Assembly (NCBI GenBank): GCA_043228905.1
Contig: JBHGNT010000008.1
Coordinates: 14,074,001-14,138,000 of the forward strand
Direction: 5' to 3'
Source of the DNA: Azolla caroliniana
Lineage: Eukaryota; Plantae; Polypodiophyta
DNA: 64,000 nt
Made by a program: the position numbers and the translations under genes. Under the pieces are notes generated by a model that did no database searches, was not told where the DNA came from, and worked only from the letters and a program-made list of their open reading frames with translations. Position 1 is the stretch's first letter. Every line of letters begins with the position of its first letter. Positions 33,598 to 47,792 of the stretch are shown one piece after another.

Positions 33598-35992
33598 ATG
33601 GCGGCTTCCATCTCTTCTTCGATTTGCAGGAAGGTGTTGAATTTGTCTTCCAAAAAGGTTCTTCCAGGTAATCCTTTTTTCTATAGTCTCTGCTAAAAAT
33701 TATAGGTCTTCTGCCGTGTAAAACCCTAAATATGCCTTTGCGTTTCTATGGGCAAAACCAAAATTCAACGTTAACCTGCAAAAACGTTTTATATGGTCAT
33801 CATCGCACTTTCCGCCTTTAAAGTTTCTAGGATTTTTTTCTGCATATAAAAAAGCCTAATATGTGGCTTACAATGCTTTTTTTCAATGCTGCTGTTTTTG
33901 CGTTTTACGGAACAGTGGATCTCTAAATCTTAAGCCTAGCATCTGAGAACGTAATTTTGTTGCGTTTCTGCGAAAAACATTTGAAGGATCTTTGCCGACG
34001 AAAATGTTTGCATCGTTTGTTTTATGTCTTTGATGTGGATTTGGTAGATAACCCTGCATTAAATTCTTTGAAATTCTAGGATTTCTTAAGATTTAAAGGA
34101 TATCTGATTAGAGAAATTATCTTTTGTTATTTTGGGTCTCTCAGCTGATAGTTACTGTTAAGGATTTGCTCGCGGTTTCTGTGCACTACGTTGGTTTGTC
34201 GTGTTTTTGTACTATTCACGATGGATGTGAAATAGTGTTTTGTTTTTTCGAAGGTTTTCCAGAGATTCAATGGATGTGAAGTATTGTTCTTCCTTCCTAG
34301 GTTTTCTAAGAGATTCTCAATGAATATTAAATATTTTTTTGACCCATAAAAATGTTTCTCAGATATTCCAATAGTGATATTATTGTTTGATCCTAATTGT
34401 GAAATTTCCCTTTGATCAGTTTAGGTTTTCTGATAGGCTTAATGGATGTGAAATCTAGAGTCTCTCAGAGTTTCTCAGTGGGTGTGGAATGGTGTTTATG
34501 CATGTCAAAATAATTTCTGGTTGTTCTTTCTCCAGTTTCTGTATGCATGTGAAAATTCGTTTGTGCTTTCTATGGTTTCTGTGATTGAATTCATGTTGCA
34601 TTTTGTTTAGTTTTTTCTGATGTCCAGTTTTGGTTGTAAATTTTTAGAGTTTCTATGACATTCAATATATGTGAAATTTTGTTTAGATTTTTTTGGGGTT
34701 TCTCTGATTGAATCCATGTTACAGTTTATATACGTTTTTCAGGGTTTTTTGATTGAATCCATATTGCATTTTGTTATGGTTTTTCAGGTGTTCAATTGTG
34801 GTGGTAAATTTTTAGAGGTTCTTTGGAGATTCAATGCATGTATTTTGCTTGCACATTCTTTAGGGTTTCTATGATTGAATCCCTGTTGTATGTTCGTAGG
34901 GTTTGTATGATGATTGAATCCATGTTGTCTCTTTGTTTAGGTTTGATGTTTACTTTTGGTTGTAAATTTTTAGAGTTTCTATCGAGAATCAATGCATGTG
35001 AAATTTTGTTTGGATTTTTTCAGGATTTCTCTGATTGAGTCCATGTTTAGGGTTTTTGAGGAGTTCTGTAAAGATCCAATGCTTGTAATTTTTTTCCCAA
35101 CATTCTTTAGGTGTTCTCTGATTGAATCCATTTTGGATTTTGTCTAGGGTTTCTATTGTGATTATAAATTTAGTTTCAACCTTTTTATGGATTCCTCTGC
35201 TCTCTACTATGCATGTAAAGATATCTTGTATAAGGTTTCCTGGATTTATAAGGTTTAGTTGTCCTTTCATTCTGAATTTTTTGGAGATTCTCATTTTTTC
35301 AGGATTTCTCTGATTGAGCCCATGTATAGGGTTTTTGAGGAGTTCTATAAAGATCCAATGCTTGTAATTTTTTTTCCCAACATTCTTAAGGGGTTCTCTG
35401 ATTGAATCCATTTTGGATTTTGTCTAGGGTTTCTATTGTGATTATATTTTGTTTCAACCTTTTTATGGATTCCTCTGCTCTTTACTATGCATGTAAAGAT
35501 ATCTTGTATAAGGTTTTCTGGATTAATAACGTTTAGCTGTCCTTCCATTCTGAATTTTTCAGAGATTCTCAAGAACATGTAAAATTTAGAATCTGTGAGC
35601 AACTCTTAGCAACTGTCTGTGATTTTTCCAGGGTTTCTCAGTGATTTCCAAAAATTTTGTTTGCAACTTGTTAGGGTTGTCTCTATCCAATGAATTCAGA
35701 AAATTTGGTTGTAAGCTAAAAGTGTGGCTAGAAAATGAAGGTGTGTTTCTATGCTGCAGGGCCGAGGCCATTTCACACTACAGGTACGAAGCAAATGGGT
35801 GGTGGTGGTGGTGGCCATGCTGGCCACGACAACTATGACGATTATCTTCATGCTGAGCACATGTATAATTTGCCCGCGATGAAGAACCGGACACTCAAAA
35901 TGGGATTGGCAGTCTTTGCTGTTGTTGGGATTGGAACGGGTGTGCCCATTGTGGCGGTTATTTTCCAACAGAAGAAAGCTAAGATCATGTGA
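33598..35992 (+). CDS. COX7c: Host gene: 100-aa mitochondrial cytochrome c oxidase subunit 7c-like protein; exons 33598-33667 and 35760-35992
   Basis: TATATAA near 33524. A GT-AG intron joins the exons in frame. Ser/Lys/Arg-rich presequence MAASISSSICRKVLNLSSKK, then YLHAEHMYNLP and a single TM GIGTGVPIVAVIFQQKK, matching the COX7c NxP...GxG..P....Q.KK pattern. Confidence 0.8.
35016..35575. repeat. ~280-bp tandem duplication within the COX7c-like intron, plus upstream degenerate tgattgaatcca repeats
   Basis: ttttttcaggatttctctgattgag starts both at 35016 and at 35295. Confidence 0.8.
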
Positions 35993-36499
35993 AAATGGCA
36001 ATTTTGCATAGATCGCTAATCAGACCCCGTTCGTATTGATGAATGATGGTATTTTTATGATTTTGGTTCTTGATGAATACTGTATGCCAGGGGGAATAAA
36101 TAGCAATGGTTTTTAAGTCGTGAAAAAACAAATGACCATTAATTGATGCCCATGTGTTTGATGTGCAAGTCCACCTGAGTCTTGATTAAATGATGAAGAA
36201 GAGAAAAGCATGTATTCCTTTCCAATAAGAAGAATTAATTTGGTGATACATTCAATACCAATTTATGATGACTGCTGTAGTCTTGATTTATTTGGAAAGA
36301 AGAGTTTCTATAATTTTTAATAAGAAGAAAAGAGCTAATGATGCCAAATGATGATAATGTTTAAACACAAATGATATTAATATGATGATGTTTGAGTCAA
36401 AAGGACCCTATTGGGCCAAAATTTAAGAGTTTGAAAATAAGCAATAGAATTAGAATTTTTTATCCTCCATAAAGAGGCCAATTTTGACCTATGGGACCA

Positions 36500-39000
36500 G
36501 AGTATACATATGTTCTTGATATGTGTCTCCTTCCTAAGAAGGGGTATTCATACATTGAAGCACAAAGTCTCTATGTGTGAATAAAGCATACACATATGAG
36601 TTCAACTTTCTTGGTGGTGTCTTAAGTATGGCACTATCTTAAGTTATCACTCCCTCTTAGTATGTCAGCATATCTTGAACGAATTGCACTATATGTCGAG
36701 CATGTGAAGGGCAAGTGACAATCATCCTCTACCATACCTTCATTGCATACTTTGCATGTCTTCAAGTCCGTTACATTTTGATACCATGATGCAACTTCAA
36801 TACCTAACTTGTGAGATTGAGTGTGAAGTAGTGTGAGGGCTCTACGAGCATTACTACTCATATTGGTAATGAGATAAGGTTGGATATGATCAATAGGCAT
36901 TCTTGCTTTATATTGAGACCAACATTCAGGGTTGATATTTGCAATGTAGTATTCTAGCTTTGTCCTCTTAGCATCTTCCCACTTCATCCTTAATGATTCC
37001 ACCAACCTTTCCTCAATCATTACATATTGCATTGCATTGCCCGAAAGCTCTAAAAGATCATGCACACCCCATCTTCTAAACCATTTCCTTATGTCAACAA
37101 CCCAGTCGTATGAAAGAATCTTACTTTTATGATTCTTTTGTAGCTTACATCCAACATTCCAAGCAAGATGTGGTAATCGATGATTTGGCATATTCTTGAC
37201 TTTTGTAATGTATTTATATACTCTTTGGAGTGGGTCGAACACCTGTTTCCAAGAGCATAACCTGGTAAGTGGTAGTGCATTTAACTCCTAATTGTCTCCT
37301 TTAAAACATCTTTTGAATTTTTCAATCTCATGCCATGCATTAAGAGATATGGTGCCATCCCATACTTCTACTCCATAAAGCAATACTTGAGTTACCATGG
37401 CATTGAACAACATTAGTTTTACTTCCCATCCACAAGTATCACTTTGGTTGCATTGGTTCTCCAAAAGGTAATATGATTTCTAACTGGCTTGGAGCCTAGA
37501 ATTAAAGCATGCACTCCATTTATTTGTGGTGGGTACGTCAATACCAAGATATTTAAAGCTTCAAACAAATTGTATATGTTCTCCTCTATATGTGAGCATA
37601 GGGTAATGATGAGGTTGGATGGTTTGCACCACCATCATTTTTGTTTCTCCACATTCATTGCTAGTCCACTATTGTGGCAAAATTCTTCTAATACACCAAG
37701 TAAATGTTGCATACTATCAACATCATATGAGAAGAGTACCACATCATCTGCATATAGAAGCAATAAGATAACATGTTCCATCAATTTGGGGGCATTCAAT
37801 ACTTCTTCTTTTGCAACCTTATTCACCACTTCTTCTAATTGATCAATACATAAGCCAAAGATTGTGGGTGATAGTGGACATCCTTGCTTGATCCCCATGT
37901 TACTTAAAAAGTGCTTTGAGAATCCACCATCCATTTTTAGTTGGCATTTAACTTGTTCATATAGGCGTGCAATAGCAACTCGGTACTCTAATGGCATGTC
38001 AATCTCTACCATTCTATTCCAAAGCTCACTTTGTGGTATGGTATCAAAAGCTTTCTTGAAATCAACAAAACAACAATAAAGTGCTTTTTCTTGTAGTCGA
38101 CTCTCTTCCATGATTACTCTCAATGTGACCAAATGATCCACAATGGAGTGTTTTGGTCTAAATCCTGCTTGCCCAAGTGCTCTTTTGCTTGTACTTTCAG
38201 CCCATGTGCTTACCCTTTGCTCCATAATAGTGTTATATAATTTAGCAATAGTTGAGCTCACCATTATTGTACGATAATTTGATATTTCATTCTTATCTCC
38301 GGCTTTAAATATTGGTTTAATCCAATTCATAAGCCAATCATTTGGAAATCCTTGTTTTATAGCTTGCTCTATAATTGTCATTATCCAATGACAAGTATGT
38401 GGCATTGTCCATTTTAAAAGCTCACTTGAGATGTAGGTTGCATCTGTTGCTTTCCCACTCGCCATCTTCTTTATTCCCTTACTGACATCATCAATATCAA
38501 TACATGTAGTGCATGGTGTTTCAATTTTCTCAACCATAGGAGCCACACCTTCATGCATATATAGCCTTTGTACATAGTCTAACATCTCTTCATTTGTAAT
38601 GTGACCTTTCACATCTTCTTTCTTACCCTTGAGTTTCCCCCATGCTAATTTTGGTTTGAGCTTAAACAAGTTTTTCTTTTTCATCTTTTGCATTTGGAAA
38701 TATCTTCTTTTCTTTCTCCTCACTAATTTCTTATATAGGTAAGTGGAATGGAATGATTGAAGTATAGAGGAGTTAAAAGGTATTGGGCTAATGATGGGTT
38801 TAGGGGAATTGGGAACATATAGTTGGAATTTGGTGGTGTTGAGACAAATGATAGGTCAATTGTCAACAATAAGATAGTTATGGAATAGAAAATTGCATGG
38901 ATAATGTCAAAGAGGGGCCACACACTTATTGAGGCAACATTGGTCATTTGTGTGTTGAGTGGTGGGAGGGAAGCATGTGGGGAAAAGAGTATATAGGTTG
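36500..39000 (-). mobile_element. Degenerate non-LTR retrotransposon (LINE ORF2: RT + C-terminal Cys motif)
   Basis: QAGFR, CFVDFKKAFDT, GIKQGCPLSP, LLYADD (37635-38723) and CKVCNEG.VEDDCH..FTC (36634-37242); frameshifted. Ends approximate. Confidence 0.88.
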
Positions 39001-41337
39001 AGGCCGGAACTATTGTTACAACACCTTGCTTTGCCTTAAACTAGCAAAGGAGGGATGCCTTTTTGGTGGGAGGAAATGTTATGGTGGTGGAGGTGTGTTA
39101 GATGATAAACCAAAGGGTCATAGTGTAGGGTGGTCATTTGTTTTTCTACGAAGCTCAATAAAAAAGATCAAACGATGGGAGTAGTTCAAGTAGGAATTCA
39201 TGGCAACATTGGATAACATCATGGTTTAGCTTCATTTCTAATGTTGATTGCACTTGAGCCAAATGCCAAAATACTTTTGACAACCATGAAGGTGAAAGGT
39301 GGCCAAATGCATTGAATTGGGTACCCATACATGATTCAAAGAAAACTTTTAACAACATTGAAAAATCCCCAAGCTAGTATAAGATGGTTCCTAGGGCAAA
39401 TGGTTGAGGGGAAATTTTCTATTTTGTGGAAATTTTGCCGTTTTGTTGAACTTAGGATTTTTGGTGGGGGGTTTTAACTTCAAGAGGAAGACTAACTTTC
39501 GGTACTACTAGAGATCACCTCTCAATGCAAATCAATTGAAAGTTGTAGAGGATCATCAAGACACATGCTCTTAGGCGTTCAAAAGTTCAATCCACTTGAA
39601 TTTGTTTGTTCCATCTTGTCAACCCTTACCAAAAACTTATTTGTGATTTGAGAGTCTTATAATTTTTCTTCCAATCCTCTATCCTTTCTTGATTTGAACT
39701 AATTTGATTTTCTTCATCACTATACATATTTGTGTTTGGGAGTGAGTGATCTTGAGCCTTTCACCCATTGAAATTGAAATTCGTTCACGAATATGATTTG
39801 ATTGATTACTTCAAGTGATCTCGTTAGTGCACTGACAATGGAGTCAAGAACTCATGGGAGTCATAAGCACTCATCTTTCCTTCTTTATCTCTTATCACAT
39901 TGTAGACATCCCTACGAGTGGGAAAACTAACTTTATGACCCCATGAGCAACTTCACAATTTGTTGAATTGAACACCATTTGTGAGGATAAGATTGTGGGG
40001 CCTTTATCTACAATGCTATCGTGGAGAACATTGTTTGAGGATGGCGATGACGCGAACACATTTCGCACATTTGACATGATTCAGTTTGTAGAAATTTATT
40101 TAATAGTAACTAATCATTTTTTGTCCCAGATTTTTAGTGTTGCTTTTTCCAACAAACTTTGGTTACAATTTCATGTTACTCATGTTAATGATTGGTATAT
40201 GGATGAGTGCCATCAAAATAGTCTATGTAATCGCTTTGAATTTACGTGTGTACCATTTGTATCCCATGAAATTCATACAACAGAAGATCCTGAATTTAAG
40301 GTTTTGCACACAAAAAACATCATACTAAATGAAGATATTCATGCTTCGATGGTGGCTCAAGATCAACCTCATGAAAACTTTGAATTCCTTGAGTTCTTAC
40401 CCAGTTGAAACACTCTCAACTCAATTTAGATCTAGTTGAAACTGGAATATGATGAAAAGGAAATATCTTGATCCTTTTTAAATATGATTCATAATGCCCG
40501 TTTTTCATCCATCCTTGATCATAATGAACTACTTTGGGCATTATACCATATAACACCCATTTACTTGGTTGCATGCTTGCAGATATTGGTGTACTATGAT
40601 GGGTGATTTGTTAGGTGTACACTTAAAAGAGGCACATAAAGTTACTTGAATTATTGTACACGGTAGCCACCTATTGGGTAATGGGAGTGGTTTCATGATT
40701 GCACCCGTGATGACATAGTCATTACTGAAAAAGATATAGCTATGGACTACCTATATCTAGTTGAGTTCCATGGCCAATGAACAATGATATGGTAGTGTTG
40801 AATTCAATTCTAGGTTTAAGTTTTAATGGTTTAAATTTTTGTGTGTATAGAAGAACCTCAAACTAATGATTTATAAAAGAAAATTCTACTTCTTTTGTGT
40901 GTGCTTCGCTCATTTGACTTATGGTCATCTTTGAGAATAACAGGTACACTGGGAAACCCTCTTGTCTTATTGTTTGCCAATGTGCTTACCAAGAAAATGT
41001 TCATTGTTGTAGTAACATGTAATAAAATAATGTAGAGCTACCTCATGCAGACAAAGGCCCAACAGGGTTGCTTATCTTGACCTTGTAAAATCTCATGATG
41101 GATTGCAAATATGGAAGGCAGTTCATCATAAAGGCCTTCATGACGAACTTGTTTGTTGAATTGGATCATGCCAAAAGAAGTCATATATCTATCAAATTGT
41201 TTTCTTTGTTTAGTGAGTTATCTTAGTGGTAGTCACACATGTCGTAATAAATGTTAGAGGGTAAAAACCCCCTTCACACATATTTTTGTATATTACATAT
41301 ATTTTGTGGAATAGTATTTGATATGCGAGAGCCCATG

Positions 41338-41750
41338 TTTTTTTTTTTCCCAAAAGAAAATTCCTTCCATTAGTTATAAAATTTTACAAATGAGATGATC
41401 ATGTACAAATCCCTATAGGGACGCGATAGTTCCATCTTATGTGGATGCCCACTAACTCAAGAAAGGGAGAGGACGACCATTGTTGGATGAAGGCTATTCG
41501 TTGTCTTTCAACTCCATCGGAGCTACCCTTGAGGCCATCATATTGGCTCTTTAGAGTGGCTACAATTTCACTCCATATCTCTTGCAGTAACATTGTTGGA
41601 TGCGCAGTTTGGTTGGAGAAGACCCGTCTACACCGTTGTTTCCATGGAATCCAAAGAGTTATTGGGCTGACCAATTCCAACACAACTTGAGATTTGTCAT
41701 TAAGAGGAGTTGAGTGAACATTGTTGATGGGTTGGAAACCACAATGTACA
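41338..41750 (-). mobile_element. Short L1-type LINE 3' fragment with poly(A) tail
   Basis: LWIPWKQRCRRVF motif; T-run at 41338-41348 is poly(A) on the minus strand. Confidence 0.55.
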
Positions 41751-42433
41751 TCACGTTGATAGCAAATTGTGCCAACACGTTAATTTTTAGTGTTTATATA
41801 TTCATAATTTGCATATATGGGCGTATGATTGTTTATATCGTTTGAATACATACAATGTGGGAAAAAAAGGTTATTATGTGAAATAGAGAAGAATGTGGTT
41901 TGAAAGGGAGATAGTTGATGTCAATTCCACACAACACTCCTACAATAGTCAAAGTTGGGTGTACTTTCTCTGAGGCTTCGATGTTGATGCCACCCAAGAG
42001 GCTTTGAGGTTCTCTAATTTCTTGTCTTTTTCTATCTTCTCTTCTTATCGCCTTCATCTTCTTCTTTCATATCTTCTCCTTTGTTTCTTTTGCCCAAATC
42101 CTTTTTTCTCATTTGCTTATTCATAGGTCCATCCTTGATTTCACAATTGATGACAATTTTGTTCTTTTTTCTAGTGGTCATCCTTAGAAGTATAGTTGAC
42201 GGTGGTAGCAAGTGTCAGAACCAAGGATAAAAGATAGAGTGATGGAAGAAGGATATTAGAGAACACGAGAAGAATGGAATCAAATACTAAGAGAAGAATG
42301 GATGTATAAGATAGAGAAAGAAAGAGAATGGATACAAGGTATGTAATGAGAGCTAAAGACTGGTGTTGATTCGAATTGATTTGAGAATACATGTATGCCC
42401 TTATTTATAGGTTCCTATAGAATAGCTTAGAGA

Positions 42434-42500
42434 TTTCTAGAATGTTCTAGAATGTTCTAGACCTAGAATGCTCTAGGTCATTCTAGAACATTCTAGAATA
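42434..42500. promoter_or_regulatory. Heat-shock-element-like nGAAn/nTTCn array in the 3' LTR U3
   Basis: ttc-ta-gaa-tg-ttc-ta-gaa-tg-ttc and ttc-ta-gaa-ca-ttc-ta-gaa. Confidence 0.7.
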
Positions 42501-42640
42501 ATCTAGAGTTTTTACAATAATCGATGTAATACAAGAAGTAGCTTATATTATTTCATATAACAATAAGCTATCTTAATGGTTGAGGTTTTCAAGTATGGAT
42601 TACAAGGTTCGAGGTTCAAGTCCGGGTGACGCCATAATGG

Positions 42641-45600
42641 TCATGTGTTCATGACACTATCCCTCCTTCGAGAACGCCGAGTGGAAGTTGGCGTTAACAT
42701 TGTTGGGCTGGGCTTGTTTGGATAGTGACGATGGAAGTAGTTGACCAAAGCTTCAACATTACAAACGTTATTGATGGGTTCCCAAGTGCGATCACTCAGA
42801 GGATAGCCAAGCCAATCAACTAGATAATAAAGCTTATTGCGCACAATCTTAGAATCGAGAATAGCAGCTACCTCGTATTCGGGGCCGTCCACAAGTTGTA
42901 CAGAAGGCGGTGGTGGCACGACACGATTAGGAATTAAAGAGGTGCGGCAAGGTTCCAAAAGAGAGCTATGAAAGACAGGGTGAAGCCGCATATGCGCAGG
43001 AAGGTTAAGACGAAATGTTGCATCATTAATTTGCGCCGTGATGACAAAAGGACCTAAGCGTTGATAGTCAAGCTTAGCACATGGTCGGGTAGTCTTGATG
43101 TGACGACGAAGCAACCATATACGGTCACCAACCTTAAACGGAGACTTAAGTCAATGTCGATCGACATTGGTCTTATGGTGTGCTTGCGCTTTTTGAAGAT
43201 GTGATGATAACTCGAACTGGATTTGTTGTAGTCGGTGGAGGTGATGCGCCGTACTAGGGTTTCGTGACACCTCGGGAAGATCCAATATACACCATCGAGG
43301 GTGGTTGCCGGTGTAGGCAAAGAAAGGTGTAACTTTGGTAGAAGAGTGGACCGTGTTGTTGTATGCAAACTCGGCAAGATGTAAAATATTACTCCAATCA
43401 TCTTGTTGATAACTAATGAAACATCGAAGATATTGCTCGAGCGTTTGATTTGTGCGCTCTGTTTGTCCGTCAGTTTGTGGATGATAAGCCGAAGAGAGTT
43501 TGCAAGAGATTTTGAGGCCTGCCCATAGGTGCTTCCAAAAGTGTGAGATAAATTGAGGACCTCGATCGCTAATAATATCATTCGGGAGACCATGATGGCG
43601 AAACACTTCACGCATAATGAGATCTGCAGTTTCTTCACTATTGATGGTCTTTACACATGGTACAAAATGTGCCTTCTTGGTGAACCGATCCACTACTGTT
43701 AAAATAGTAGCAAAGCCTTTGGAAGGTGGCAGATCCGTAATGAAATCCATAGAAATAGACTGCCATGGCTTGTTGGGAGGGGGTAATGGTTGTAGTAAGC
43801 CATAAGGGTGATGCCGGGGTACTTTGGTGCGACAGCAGGTGTCACAAGTGCGAACATAATCTTCGACAAATTTTTGCAAGTGAGGCCACCAAAACGAACG
43901 TTTCACCAGCTCAATGGTCTTGGAAATACCAAAATGTCCAGCCATGGGGGCATCATGACAATGTTCCAACACTTGAAGTCGGGGTGATCCGTTGGGGACG
44001 TAAAGGAGATTCTTGTAGAAGAGTAAGCCATCTTGCCACTTGAAGTCCTGATAATGTTGAGATGACCCTGGCAATGTGGAGCAAGATGGACGACTTGAAC
44101 CATAGTGGGCTAAGACATCCTTAGCAAAATCATCCGAATAAAGTTGTTGCCGAATAGTGTCAAGAAGGGTAGAATCAAGTGGCGTGACATAACTTATTGT
44201 TACCTGTAGCTTTGATGGCCCGAGGAGAGTTTGCTTTTGATTGTCAAAGGCCGGATCTCCAGGTCGAAGTGCTAGATATGAACGCCGAGACAGAGCATCT
44301 GCTTTCCCTTGTTGTTTTCCGGGGCGAAAAATGATCTTGAAATCGAAACACGTTAGAAATTGGGCCCACCAAGCTTGTCGTCTATTTAATACTCGAGCTG
44401 TTTGAAAATATGTGAGATTTTTGTGATCACTATAAATGATAATCTGATGAGGTGATCCTTCTAGAAAATGACGCCATTGCTCGAATGAGTCAACCACAGC
44501 TAGTAACTCCTTGTCATGCAGCTCATAGTTTATCTCCGAAACAGTAAATTTTCTCGAGTGAAACACGACTGGATGTGTCTGCCCGTCCTCGCTTGGTTGC
44601 GATAGGATACTCCCCAATGCAAAGTCTGATGCATCCGCCTCAATAGTAAATGGCTTTTTAGGATCAATATGTGCTAGGATGGGTGCTGATGTGAATGCCT
44701 CTTTCAGCTACGTAAAAGCCTTGTCCGCATCGATACTCCAAAAAAATGCTTGATTTTTTTTGGTGAGTTGAGTAAGGGGCAACACAATGCTTGAATAATT
44801 AATGTATGAATTTGCGATAGAAGTTCGCAAATCCGAGGAAACATTGGACATCCCGAACTGAGCATGGGGGTTTCCATTCCAATATTGTTTGGACTTTTGC
44901 CGGGTCCATGAAAACACCCTGGGATGAAATAGTGTATCCCAAAAATTCGACTTGTTTGCAATCAAAACTACATTTCTCAAGTTTGGCATAAAGACCATAC
45001 TTCCTTAGGCGTTCAAGTACTTGCCGCACATGTATATCATGCTCCCCTTGTGTTTTAGAGTAAATCAATAGATCATCTAGGTAGATGATTAGAAAAATAT
45101 CCAAGAAATCCCAGAAGATGTCAATTGCCATATGTTGGAATACTGCAGGTGCATTTGTGAACCCGAAAGGCATGACTGTATACTCGAAATGACCATATCG
45201 AGTACGAAATTCTGTTTTCCACTCATCTCCCGGCCGAATTCGAACAAGATTATATGCACCCCTTAGATCAATTTTGGTAAAATGCTTTGCCCTACCAATG
45301 CGTTCTAAGAGATTGGAGATTAAAAAGGTAAAGCATACCTATTCCTTATGGTGACTTTATTTAAGCCTCGATAGTCCATGACCAAACGAAGGGAGCCGTC
45401 CTTTTTCTTCACAAAAAAGATAGGAGCACCAGTTGGAGGCTTTGAATGTCGAATAAACCCATGTGCAAGATTTTCCTCGATGTATTCTCGAAGAACCTCA
45501 AGCTTAGTGGGTGATAAATTGTAAATCGAACCCCACGGTGGCTCTTTTCCTGGTTGGAGATCAATAGGACAGTCGTACGGCCGATGCTTTGGAAGAACAC

Positions 45601-47465
45601 TAGCTTTGACTTTGTCGAAAACATCAACATAGTCTTGATATTTTTTGGGAATTTGGATGTCTGAATTCCCTTGAGTGACACTAGAAGGTGTCACTGATAC
45701 TGCAAATAAGAAAAGGTCCTCCTTGCCTCCCACTCGGCACAATTGTTGCAATGTGATGGCTGAAATTTGATGAGAAGGATATGGTGCATCGGTAGAACTA
45801 TATACTTTAGGAGGATAATCCCGAGTTCGATCCTTGACAATGATATTTTCTACTAAAGGGCACCTAATTTCTCGCTTCCTCCAATCGATTCTAGGGTTAT
45901 GTAGCTCGAACCATGGCACAAACCGAGGACAATTGGATGCTCAGGACTACGGATTATGTTAAAGGAAACTACACATCCTAAATCACCCAAGAGTATGTGT
46001 ATTGGCTCAGACTCTTCAAATATCTTCCCAGAAGCTATGGGGAGTTCATCAATCACTACTACGGAAATTGGACAAGGAAGTGTATGCAAGGATATTTGGT
46101 GTTTTTGGGCAAAATCTCTATCCATGAAACAAGATTTGGCTCCAGTATCTAAGAGGGCTTGGACTTGAAGTTGACAACTGGGTGTCCTAACTTGTACTAG
46201 GGCTGAGAAGACTCTACTAACATGCTTGGAAGAAATGGAACCCACACTAGGTTGTACATATCTAGGGTTGTCCAACCAAATGGCTCCTATTTTGGCCGGA
46301 CTTATTTGTTTGACTCCTCTTCTAATTGTCTTAGGACTTCAAATTTATTGGACAAGGGTGGATTATTCATAATATTAGATTCGCTAACTGCTTCTAAAAT
46401 GTTGGACTCATTTTTATTGACATAGTGAATTTGATTTACCTGACGTCTCGGCCTACGGGAGCAATGAATGGCTATATGTCCTGGACCTCCGCAATATAAG
46501 CACAGATGGTTTGCTCGACGACGTTGCTTCTCTTCGTCTGACAACGGTCCTCGTCGTTGAGTCATGTCGATCTCCATGGGTGCAGGACTATCCATTGGGA
46601 CTAGACTACGTGTTTGCCTTGGAGTTGGAGTAGGGCTATACATTTGCCTTGGGGATGATTGCGCCGTTACTGATGCATAAGTTGGTGTGAATCTTGATCT
46701 TGTTATTTGTTGTTGTCACTCACATCGACGCTCAAAAAGGCGATTATCACACCGTATTGCTCGACTAATAGATTCTATAAGTGACCTTGGATCCTCGGGG
46801 AAGGTAAGAAGTAAGTCTTTGACATCACTACGAAGGCCTGAACGGAATTGCTCCATTAGGGCTTGTTCATCCCAAGGAATATCGCTTGCGATGAGACAAA
46901 AATTGGCAGCATATGTCGAAGCTGGTTGATCACCTTGACGAAGTGTACGAATCTTGTTGATAACTGTTCTCGCCCCATTAGTATCTCCGAAACAAGCCTT
47001 AAATTCCTTGATAAATTCCTCGAAATTATTCAATAGAGGAGAATTGGTCTCTAGCAATGGAGCAAACCACGCCAACACTATGCCAGTCAATAAAGTGCCC
47101 ACTAGCCCGACTCGTGATGCATCTGTTGGATAACGTGCGGGATGCATTTGAATCACCAACCGTACTTGATTCAAAAAACCTCGGAAATGCGCCCTCGACC
47201 CATCAAATTTAGCTGGGAGGCTAATTTTGGGCTCCTTGATAAGTACCTGACCTTCAACCCTTTGTTGTTGTAACACTACGATTGTCCACTCTAACTGTTG
47301 CACTCGTCGTGTGAACTCCTCTTGTTGTTGTTGCTTCTCTATAGTAACCTTTTGTAGATCCCCAAGTAGACGTTGATTCTCTACTTCAAGAGATGCGAAC
47401 TTGGATTTAAGGTTCTCCATTTCAGCAACAAGGGTGAGATATTCTTCTGAGTTAATGGCAGCCAT
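42641..47465 (-). pseudogene. Chromovirus gag and pol with frameshifts and stops
   Basis: ORF fragments 46716-47465, 46302-46643, 45853-46275, 45320-45919, 44799-45173, 43151-44617 and 42641-43114. Confidence 0.92.
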
Positions 47466-47490
47466 GGTTTCAGGATGGTTACAAAGGAGG

Positions 47491-47492
<2 letters not shown>

Positions 47493-47558
<66 letters not shown>
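47493..47558. repeat. (GA)n microsatellite in the chromovirus 5' UTR
   Basis: Long perfect GA run between the PBS and gag. Confidence 0.9.
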
Positions 47559-47562
<4 letters not shown>

Positions 47563-47569
47563 GAATCAA
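47558..47569 (-). promoter_or_regulatory. Non-tRNA, self-priming-type PBS
   Basis: Element-sense TTGATTCGAATT lies 2 nt from the LTR and is complementary to LTR 47725-47736 (sense AATTCGAATCAA). Confidence 0.75.
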
Positions 47570-47792
47570 ACTGTCAGAACCAAGGATAAAAGATAGAGTG
47601 ATGGAAGAAGGATATTAGAGAACACGAGAAGAATGGAATCAAATACTAAGAGAAGAATGGATGCATAAGATAGAGAAAGAAAGAGAATGGATACAAGGTA
47701 TGTAATGAGAGCTAAAGACTGGTGTTGATTCGAATTGATTTGAGAATACATGTATGCCCTTATTTATAGGTTCCTATAGAATAGCTTAGAGA

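Noticed and set aside
39400-41300. Short ORFs (for example 39968-40408)
   Set aside because: No recognisable motifs or splice model; probably decayed repeat DNA.
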